Shown here: positions 53,714 to 64,000 of the stretch, in pieces
Numbering within the stretch: the first letter of the stretch is position 1
Layout of the letters: every line of letters starts with the position of its first letter
DNA from: Octopus vulgaris
Taxonomy: Eukaryota
DNA length: 64,000 nt
Direction of reading: 5' to 3'
Assembly: GCA_951406725.2 (NCBI GenBank)
Contig: OX597835.1
Location: 8,246,001-8,310,000 of the forward strand
Program-made: the position numbers and the translations under genes
The notes under the pieces: model-generated
The model's database searches: none
Seen by the model: only the letters and a program-made list of their open reading frames with translations
Told to the model about the DNA's origin: nothing

Positions 53714-54560
53714 GTGTGTGTGTGTATGCGTGTATGTATATGTAGTGTGTGTTTTGTTTGCAGTGTGTGTGTGTGTGTGTGCGGTTTTATATGTATGTAT
53801 GTGTGTGTTCGTGTGTGTATGTGTGTATGCGTAGGGATTTTGTGTGTGGGGAATAACTGTGCTTTACTTTGTGTGTGTGTCTGTGTGCGTGTGTGCTTGT
53901 AAGTGCGTATGTGTGTATACATGTCTGTATAATTGTGTGCGTGTATGTATGAGTGTCTGCTGTGTGTATTGAAGGTGCGTGTGGGTTCATTTGCGTGTGC
54001 GTGTGTGTGTATGTGTGTTCGTGTCGTATGTGCATGTAGTTGTGTGTGCGTATGTGAGTGTATATACGTTTTCGGGTGGGCTTGTGAGTGTTAGGTATGT
54101 GTGCGCATGTTTGTGTGCGTATGTGTGTGTGTGTCTGTGTCTATATGTGTATGCATATGTGCATGTGTGTGTGTATGTATATGTATAGGTGTGTATGCGT
54201 GTGTATGCGTGTGTGAGGTTGTGGGGTTTGTGTTGGCGTAATATGCGTACCTGTGTGTATGTGCGTGCGTGAGTATATGTGTGTGTGAACGTGAAGATGT
54301 GTGTCGGGTTATGCGTGCATTTTGCTCTGTGTACGCGCGTGTTTGCGTATGTGTGTACATTTATGTGTGTGTGTGTGTCTAAAGGATCGTGTGTCTGTGT
54401 GCGTGGGTGTATGTGGGTGTGCGTGTGCGTGTATGTGTATGTATGCGTGTGTGTATTTGTGTGGAAGTATGTGTGTATATATGCATGTATATATATTGCA
54501 TGTGTGTGGTGTATGAGAGGTATATGTGCGTTCGTGGATACGTAAGTATGTGTGCGTGTG
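53714..54560. repeat. Degenerate (TG)n-rich tract
   Basis: Direct reading. Confidence 0.9.
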
Positions 54561-54652
54561 AATGGAAATAAAAACAATAATTTATAAACAATAAAAAACA
54601 AAAAATTATAAAATCAATTAAATTATATATATGTATATATATATATATATAT

Positions 54653-54859
54653 AACGGGAAGCTTTATGAAAATAAACAAAAGACGAAGGCAGGTGGAAAA
54701 CAAACGAACAATTGTATTAGTATGGCGCTCAGGAAATATAAATAAAACAAGTCTTTAACGTTTCGAGCCTACGCTCTTCAACAGAAAGATACACAGAGAG
54801 AAAAAACACAGAAAGAAGGAGAGAAAAAAATGCGTGCAGTAGCTAACGAATCAACATGG

Positions 54860-54861
<2 letters not shown>
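54653..54861 (-). mobile_element. Mini-element family H2 with hammerhead at 54753-54788 (A6U core)
   Basis: Minus: CTTT|CTGTTGA|A|GAGCgtagGCTC|GAAA|CG|TT|AAAG. Confidence 0.8.
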
Positions 54862-54919
<58 letters not shown>

Positions 54920-55222
54920 ACAGCTGATGAAGGGGAATATTCCTTGTATTGTTTGTCTTCTAATTTTTTTTTTGCCTTGTTAAAAAAAGTCCGTTCCCTT
55001 GTTTTTATGTTTTCGTTTCTCGTTGAGTTCTACGTCTATTTGTGGTGTCCTGTACTCACATATATATATATTTATATATGCATGTATATATACATGTAGA
55101 TGTAGGTACGTACATATATGTATGTATGTATGCATATATTTTATTTATTACATTATTGTATGACTGAGCGCCCTCGCGTCGTTTCGTTTCGTTTCTTTCC
55201 TTTCTCCCAGTATGCTATATAT

Positions 55223-55263
<41 letters not shown>

Positions 55264-55264
55264 A

Positions 55265-55317
<53 letters not shown>

Positions 55318-55668
55318 GTATCTTTACACACATACGTGTGTGTGTTTCTCTGCGTGTATGTGTCTGGTTGTGTGTATGTGTGAGTGTGTCCGTGATTTTT
55401 TTGCGCCTTCTTATATATACATCTACATATTCAAAGGCAAAAATCTGTCGTTTGTTACGACAGCGTTGCACTCCTGAAAAGTTTGTCGTACCGTGGGGTT
55501 TCGTAACACGAAATCTATTTTAAAATTTATTACCATCTCACATGATTTTCAAAAGCAAAATACGGCCTACGGTGTTGAACTTCATCACATTTTTTGTGTA
55601 TACGCACGCTCATGCTCTTATATATATATATAAACATATTTACTTGCATGCACACACACAAACTCATG

Positions 55669-55711
<43 letters not shown>

Positions 55712-55738
55712 GTATATATATTTATGTATATATATATG

Positions 55739-55845
<107 letters not shown>

Positions 55846-55849
55846 ATAA

Positions 55850-55887
<38 letters not shown>

Positions 55888-56630
55888 TTATGTACATAAA
55901 TATTTTTCATTATTATTATTGTTGATGTTGTTGCTGTTATTAGAGAGGGAGGGAGAGAGAGAGAGAAAGGGAGAGAGAGAGAGAGAAATGAGCTATGGAA
56001 TTCAAAAGAATTATCGGAAGGTTTTAAAATGTAATTTTTGAAATTGGAAGCGTGCACTTTCTTTCTAAATATAACCTCGCTTAGTCGAAGGGTCTCCGAG
56101 GACATGCTTACAGAATGGTGAACGGCAATAATCGGAATTGGATAAAATAATAACTATTTTCAGTTATCTCAACACTATTGTCTCAGCCTTTTTAACATTT
56201 CAGTAGCGAAGTGTAATTTTCTATTCGCAGAAAACTTTATAAATCATAAATCGTATCATTCGTAATGCATTTTGTTAATGTAAATGTTTTAAGGAGAGTG
56301 GATATTATTTCGGGTTAGAACAGAAAATGTATGTCTAATAATGGCCGAATAATTTGCCAAATACATATACAATATAGCATTTTGTTAGAGTTACATTAAG
56401 CATGATAATGGTGGTTGACTGGGATTCTATTCTGGTTTATATATTCATTACAATCAATAGGAAGATTTTGGTAGATTTTCGATTATTCTGCCAGAAATGG
56501 GAATCGCATTGTCGTAACACGAAAAAGATGTGTATTAAAAAGAACGCATTGCATAGCGCAAATTTGATTCAAATTTAGGCAGGTAAACCTTTGATTAAAT
56601 GTCTCCGAAACCACGGTAACCGAAGCACAA

Positions 56631-56765
<135 letters not shown>

Positions 56766-56770
56766 AAGAA

Positions 56771-56808
<38 letters not shown>

Positions 56809-57890
56809 GAAGAAGAAATGATGATGATGATGATGAAGGAAGAGGTGAAGGAAGAGGAAGGAGGAGAGAGAAGAAGAGAAGAAGAAGAGGAGAAGAAAGA
56901 TAAAGAAGAAGAAGCGAAACAAAAGAAGAAAGTAAAGGAGGAGAGGAGAAAGAAAGGAAAAGGAGGAAAGGAGAAGAAAATGAGGAGAAGAAGAAGAAGA
57001 ATGCCGAGAAGAATGCCAACAAAGAAAAGCGAAATGTCAACAAATATAATGAAAACACACAAACGTACAGATATATTGTATGTTTTCAATAAATAGAATA
57101 AAACAAAAAACAAAACAAAGATTGAAACGAGAGAGTGGAAAAAACAAAACGAAAACATACAAAAACAAAACAAAGAAACAAAAAACAAAACAAAGTCAAA
57201 ATAACAAACAAACAACAAACACACACACACACATATAAAATATAAAATAATATGAATGATGATGATGATGATGATGATGAAGGAAAGGGCAAGAGGCGTC
57301 CTCAGCATCGGGAAGAAGAAGAAGAAACAGACACACGACGACGAAAGAAGAAGAAGAAGAAGAAGAAGAAGAAGAAGAAGAAGAAGAAGAAGAAGAAGAA
57401 GAAGAAGAAGGAAGAAGAAAAGAAGCTTTTAGTCGAAAAAAACAACAAAAAGACAAAAAAAAAAAAAAAAACATATATACGACAAGTTCTTTCTTGGAAG
57501 CGAAGAAAGGGCGGGGATAGTAGAAGAAGAAGGAAAGCTAGGGGAAGGGGAAAGAAGAAGAAGAACCACAAGAGATATATCAAATAAGAACGAACAGTGT
57601 GGTTTGTAAGGAAATAACTTAAAGCATTTAACACACAACGTACAGATATTTGTATGTTTTCAATAAAAATAACACAAAAATGAAAACATTTCTGCAACGG
57701 GGGACAAGTATTTTGTCAGAGAAAATTTCTTTTCGAGCAGATTTATCGATTTTACGCTTCATTTATCATGGAAATTCGGTTCGACCGATTATCGAACTCG
57801 GACATTAGTACTTTTCTATCGCATCACAGACACTCTTGAAGTGCGGGGTCGGTCACACGAGTTGTCAAGCACGAAAACAGACACACAGAA

Positions 57891-57946
<56 letters not shown>

Positions 57947-58057
57947 TTTTAAGCCCAGTACTTATTTTATCGTATCTCTGAAATGTGACGGAGTTAAACA
58001 CACTCGTTAAGCAATGCTAGGGGGACAAACACAGACACACAAACACCCAACACAACA

Positions 58058-58099
<42 letters not shown>

Positions 58100-58563
58100 T
58101 ATATATATACTTATATAGGTTATCTTTTGCCGAACCGCTTTACGAAAACACAAGCATTTCAGCAATGCTAGGCGACACCAGACACAAGAACAAGACATAT
58201 TATATATAAAACTTATATACAAAACGACAAGCTTTTTCACGTAATCATTCAAGGCATGTGGTTAGTAAGCAACTATGTACCACACACATATATATATAAT
58301 ATATATTATATATAAATATTACGACAAGATTTAGGTCTATACATATATTTTTGTGGGTTTTGTGTTGTATATTAAAAGCACAAGATATATTTTGAAGCAA
58401 CAGTGATCAAGGAAATATATTGATATATATATATATATATATATAACACAAAAACTGATATATATTTCTGTATTATTAGAAGATTACTCAGAAAATCGTT
58501 TTATATTTACAGATATTTATTTGTATATTACATTTTTTATACATCATATAACTTAGATCATGT

Positions 58564-58600
58564 ATTAGCGCTTTCTCCCATTCTAGTGGGGTTTTCAAAT
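58564..58600 (-). ncRNA. Hammerhead-like motif, U3-A8 core (family H4; copies at about 58475-58680, 59192-59395 and 60054-60318)
   Basis: Minus: AT|TTGAAAA|CCCCA-ctagaa-TGGGA|GAAA|GCGC|TA|AT; palindromic AGCGCT; stem I short. Confidence 0.55.
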
Positions 58601-58689
58601 TGAGAAATAAGCCTGTGTGAAAAGTTTTGACCAATAGTGGCATTGAGTTTGTAGTGTGAGGAATATAAGACAGTAAGTGGCTGGATAGA

Positions 58690-58780
58690 AGTATATATTA
58701 ACGTAGTTCTGGGATATTCAGCGTAACACACAGAGTGACAAGGAGAAAAATACACAACAACAGAAACAGGAAGTAAGAGC
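58690..58780 (-). mobile_element. SINE C fragment
   Basis: ttaacgtagttct.gggatattcagcgt.acaca.agagtgacaagg. Confidence 0.7.
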
Positions 58781-59107
58781 AACAAAAGAAAAAACGGCTG
58801 TAGACCGAAGAAGCAGGAATTCAAGACTTTGCAACGCGTTTAATCATTCAAGGAAATGAAGGTCTTTTATTTTTAACATTTTGTTTTCGAACTCAGATGT
58901 ACAACGTAGCAGCTGTGTTCAGTCTTAACATTATTTATATAAATATCACGAACAGAGGCAGCTGATTACGTGTGCCTATACATATGTGCCTGTGTGTGAG
59001 TGTGTATTCGTGTTAATGTATATTAAATAGCTACATATAGATGTTGATGTATATGCATAGCGAAAGAGAAATAAAATGACATACGTAAATGTGCATGTGT
59101 GTGTATA

Positions 59108-59184
<77 letters not shown>

Positions 59185-59405
59185 ATGTATATATTAGAAG
59201 AAATGAGGTACTCAGAAAATCGGATGGTTTATATTTACAGATATTTATTTGTATATTTTTTTTATATATATATATTTTTATTATTATTTTTTTATTTTTA
59301 AAAAATAAAAAAAAATTTTTTTTATTTTATTTTATAGTGGTATTGAGTTTGTAGTGGTAGGGAGGAATATAAGACAGTACAAGAGGGTGATGGATATGTA
59401 TATAT

Positions 59406-59490
<85 letters not shown>

Positions 59491-59713
59491 TATATGCATA
59501 TATATGTATATATATATATGGTTATACATTCATATAAATTTACTAGAATTTACCCTACATTATTCTACATCGGTATAAGCGGGAACACATATACACACGC
59601 ATGGACACATATCATCTAGTGTTTTTGCGTAGATACCTTTTGGTTTTTTAGAGATGAAAATCAATGTTCGTTGGTATATGTTGTGTGAACAGCAGGAGAA
59701 ACAGTTGGACTGA

Positions 59714-59759
<46 letters not shown>

Positions 59760-59760
59760 C

Positions 59761-59792
<32 letters not shown>

Positions 59793-59793
<1 letters not shown>

Positions 59794-60007
59794 GTTAATC
59801 CAAACAAGAAAACAAAAAAAAAAAACACAGAAATGCGAGGACGTGGAACAATTAAAGTATTATTTGACGCTCAGGAAAGAAGGGAAGGAGGGTTTAACGT
59901 TTCGAGCGGAGCTCTTCGTCGGAAACAAAGGAGAAGGAAAGATCCCGAGAAGGAAGACAGAGGAAAAAAAATTTTTTGCTGGTGGTGCTCAAGAGATCAC
60001 ATGTTGA

Positions 60008-60010
<3 letters not shown>
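59793..60010 (-). mobile_element. Mini-element family H1 with hammerhead at 59892-59926
   Basis: Reverse complement of the 15252 motif, identical. Confidence 0.85.
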
Positions 60011-60053
<43 letters not shown>

Positions 60054-60060
<7 letters not shown>

Positions 60061-60313
60061 GGTTTGGAGATGATGTACAGGTATTTTATATTAGAAGAAA
60101 TGATGTACACAGAAATTCGGATGGTTTTATATTTACAGATATTTATTTGTATATTACATGTTTTTATATATCATATATCATACATCATATATGATATATT
60201 AGCGCATTCCCCCATTCTAGTGGAGTTTTCAAATTAAACTAAATTCTTGGGGGAAAATTTGAACATTTTTATAATGTTATTGAGTGTGTAGTGGTGGGGA
60301 GGGATATAAGATA

Positions 60314-60318
<5 letters not shown>
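60054..60318 (-). mobile_element. Mini-element family H4; decayed HHR at 60198-60234
   Basis: Minus: TTGAAAA|CTCCA-ctagaa-TGGGG|GAAT|GCGC|TA. Confidence 0.65.
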
Positions 60319-60371
<53 letters not shown>

Positions 60372-60856
60372 ATGTATATCTATATATTTATATATGAATA
60401 AATAAATAAAAATGACCTTTCTGGCAGTTTTTGCACTTTAATAGTTAGATGTTCATAAATTATTAAGTGTTGCCGGAATATGACTATGATAGGTGTTACT
60501 CGCTGAAAAGCGATTTTCAAATAGATATTTTAGAGTTTGTTTGTCACTGTGTATATATGTATAAATATATATATATGAATGAATACATGTATACGTGTAT
60601 CTGTGTTTCTCTGCGCATGTACATGTGTATGGTCCCCGCGGTTTTGTCTGTGAGTGCGTGTGTATATATATATGTGTATACAACTCTGTATACATGTGTT
60701 TTATGTATTCGTATATGTATGTGTTTGCGTGTGTGTGTGTGTGTGCGTACGTGATTGCGTGTGTGTGTGGGGGGGTTGGAGTTCGGTTGGTATGTAAGTA
60801 TGCCTGTAATACCACTTTTAAGCGAGAAACACCAATCGGAGTCACCATATATATAT

Positions 60857-60903
<47 letters not shown>

Positions 60904-60919
60904 ATTTGTATGTATTTGT

Positions 60920-61125
60920 GTCTCTCTGTTTATCACTCCACCATCGCTTGACGACCTATGCTAATGTGTTTACATACCCGTAACTTAACGGCTCGGCCAA
61001 AGAGACCGATAAAATAAGTACGAGGCTTACAAAGAATAAGTCCTGGAATTGATTTGTTCCACTAAAGGCGGTGCTTTAGTATGAACCCAGTCAAATGACT
61101 GAAACAATTAAAAGATTAAAAGATT
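60920..61125 (+). mobile_element. SINE A 3' portion, diverged
   Basis: Similarity to other copies. Confidence 0.82.
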
Positions 61126-61650
61126 AATTAACCAATTAACCAATCGATTACTCGCCCAAAGGTGTCTGTAATCAATCTACCACTAGGTCTTTCGCAGTCC
61201 TTCCAGAGCAATCACCATTTCGTGAATAATGTGTATGCATATTCCTAATGTAACATACAAACGCCTGCGCTACAAAGCTTTTTAGAAGGAAAATATTTGT
61301 TGATAGGATAAATATTTCTGAAAATATGACCAAAATGTTTTGAGTAATCTTACTTTTAGTTATACTAAAAAGAAACAAGAAATTAAGCCAGAAACACACA
61401 CACACAGAATCTTCTTGTATACTGCAGCTCTTAACAACAAACTAATATCAAACATCATATCAGAAAACTTATCCGAGATGTGGTCGAAAAATTTAAATTC
61501 CTCCCAGTGAAGAATATGAATCAATCTCATCAACATTCCCTTAATTCTTCGATGCTGCAAAGATGGTAACTGTCCAAATACCCGATTGCTCACCCCTTTC
61601 TTTTTAACCTCCGCCGCCTTGACCTTCCAAATCGTACGCAGATTCCATGA

Positions 61651-62058
61651 TTTTACTCTTTTACTCTTTTACTTGTTTCAGTCATTTGACTGCGGCCATG
61701 CTGGAGCACCGCCTTTAATCGAGCAACTCGACCCCGGGACTTATTCTTTTTGTAAGCCCAGTACCTATTCTATCAGTCTCTTTTGCCGAACCGCTAAGTA
61801 ACGGGGACATAAACACACCAGCATCGGTTGTCAAGCAATGCTAGGGGGACAAACACACTCACACAAACACACACACGCATATATATATATATACATATAT
61901 ACGACGGGCTTCTTTCAGTTTCCGTCTACCAAATCCACTCACAAGGCTTTGGTCGGCCCGAGGCTATAGTAGAAGACACTTGCCCAAGGTGCCACGCAGT
62001 GGGACTGAACCCAGAACCATGTGGTTGGTAAACAAGCTACTTACCACACAGCCACTCT
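61651..62058 (-). mobile_element. SINE family A
   Basis: Near full-length copy. Confidence 0.92.
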
Positions 62059-62445
62059 TACTGACTATCCTTAACGAATTAGACCAATATTACGTCAAGT
62101 TATTAAAAACGTGTCTCAAAAGTAGCTACAATTCGAGATTGTTTATCTCATTAGATTGCTTCTTTCCAGCTGCTCTGAAAAAAATCAGAGATTCGTCCAT
62201 CCTCATATCTACTAATATAAATATATATGCACGAGCTGTGTGTCTGTTACACAAACAAAGAGGTTATCTAGTACAATCAATCAATCATCCTTCTCGCCAA
62301 CGTAACAAATATAACCAGAGACTGGAATGTCGAGTGGTTATCCTTTTCCACCAACCAGAATCAAAACATATTTAACCTCGAGCGATTTATCGTATTCGGG
62401 TCCCCGGGTGGCAAACAAAATGCGAAGTAACTGGTTACGATAGAA

Positions 62446-62863
62446 GGCGTCGAGCTGGCAGAAACGTTAGCGCGCCATGCGAAATGCTTAGCGGTATTTC
62501 GTCTGTCGCAACGTTCTGAGTTCAAATTCCGCCGAAGTCGACTTTGCCTTTCATCCTTTCGAGGTCGATAAATTAAGTACCAGTTACGCACTGAGGTCGA
62601 TGTAATCGACTTAATACCTATGTCTGTCCTTGTTTGTCCCCTCTATGTTTAGCTCCTTGTAGGTAATAAAGAAATAGGTATTTCGTCTGTCGCAACGTTC
62701 TGAGTTCAAATTCCGCCGAAGTCGACCTTGCCTTTCATCCTTTCGGGGTCGATAAATTAAGTACCAGTTACGCACTGGGGTCGATGTAATTGACTTAATA
62801 CCTATGTCTGTCCTTGTTTGTCCACTCTATGTTTAGCCCCTTGTGGGCAATAAGGAAATAGGT
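62446..62863 (+). mobile_element. SINE B head-to-tail dimer
   Basis: Junction GGTAT at 62677-62681; single TSD ggttacgata at 62433-62442 and 62861-62870. Confidence 0.92.
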
Positions 62864-63012
62864 TACGATAATTTCGAAGTGAGACACGAATTGCCGACTG
62901 AAAATTTTTCAATGGTGACCCTTTCAGTTTGAAGCTTTGTAAATAGTCGTTGATCCCTTTCCCAGTTAATCTGCCCTTTGTACTGACATTATGTTTCATT
63001 CTGCTTCCATGC

Positions 63013-63420
63013 ACTCTCTCTTTTACTCTCTCTTTTAGTTGTTTCAGTCATTTGATTGCGGCCATGCTGGAGCACCGCCTTTAATCGAGCTAATCGACCC
63101 CGGGACTTATTCTTTTGTAAACCCAGTACTTATTCTATCGGTCTCTTTTGCCCAAACGCTAAGTAACGGGGACATAATCACACCTGCATCGGTTGTCAAG
63201 CAATGCTAGGGGGACAAACACAGACACACAAACACACACGCACGTATATATACATATATACGACGGGCTTCTTTCAGTTTCCATCTACCAAATCCACTCA
63301 CAAGGCTTTGGTCGGCTCGAGGCTATAGTAGAAGACACTTGCCCAAGGTGCCAGGCAGTGGGACTGAACCCTGAACCATGTGGTTGGTTAGCAAGCTACT
63401 TACCACACAGCCACTCCTGC
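63013..63420 (-). mobile_element. SINE family A
   Basis: Flanked by tgcact on both sides. Confidence 0.92.
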
Positions 63421-63575
63421 ACTATGCAGAATATTTTTGGCCCTTGTTGCACTGGCACCAACAGTTAAAAGTACGAAGAGGATTTGGAAAGATATGAAAC
63501 AAGAACGAATAACTGAAAGCCATATACATAGAAATAGATACGTAGCAGGAAAAGCAAACATAAAGAAAACTGTTA

Positions 63576-63872
63576 TCTTTATATATAAAGAGAGGCTATG
63601 TGTCTGTCTCCTACGATTTAGATTCCTAACTACTCCCACATTTTGCGGTGCAGTTTAGCCAAAACCGGGTATCTTATAGTCGTGATTCATATCAAGCTCT
63701 TCTGCGTATTAGCGCGCGTCTACGATGAGTCTACGATTAAAAAAAAAAAATTACCATCATTTTTTTTCCATTTTTAATGCATTCTTTTGCTATTTTTTGG
63801 CTATAACTCTCTAAAAATGCTTATATAGTTATTTCCCTTACAAACCCGAGCAACGCCGGGCGATACTGCTAG
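63576..63872 (+). mobile_element. Non-autonomous Helitron
   Basis: A|TC 5' end, subterminal hairpin cccgagcaacgccggg (63845-63860), CTAG|T 3' end, no TSD. Confidence 0.85.
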
Positions 63873-64000
63873 TTACTAATAAAATGTTGTTGTTGTTGTT
63901 GTTGTTGGATTTTTCACAATTTTAATCTTATCAAAGGCGGTAAAAAAAAAGTTATTAGCAGTTCGTATTTTTCTCGAAAATTCAAAATCTCTAATGAATT

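Noticed and set aside
54918-54950. CTGATGA plus hairpin in a TA-flanked insert (related sequence at 39225)
   Set aside because: No downstream GAAA or stem III; at most a half motif

Overview
AT-rich, non-coding-looking animal DNA. The SINE set and extreme microsatellite load resemble an Octopus/cephalopod genome (inference, not a database result). I can support no intact host gene or exon, and nearly all ORFs in the track are microsatellite translations. The window holds four tRNA-derived SINE families (about 25 copies or fragments, several with TSDs and nesting), decayed R4/Dong-like and CR1-like LINE ends, mariner and hAT-like transposase relics, hAT and piggyBac-like MITEs, and Helitron-type elements. 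The main hidden signal is a set of short (100-450 bp) non-coding elements wedged into (TA)n tracts. They carry minimal type I hammerhead ribozyme (HHR) folds with palindromic stem III. About a dozen complete or near-complete motifs from several sequence families are readable, including compensatory 3-8 core swaps (C3-G8, U3-A8, G3-C8) and family-fixed U4C and A6U variants. Several elements form long fold-back palindromes. This looks like a diverse Penelope-like or retrozyme-like ribozyme retroelement system. Ribozyme activity is predicted from sequence only.
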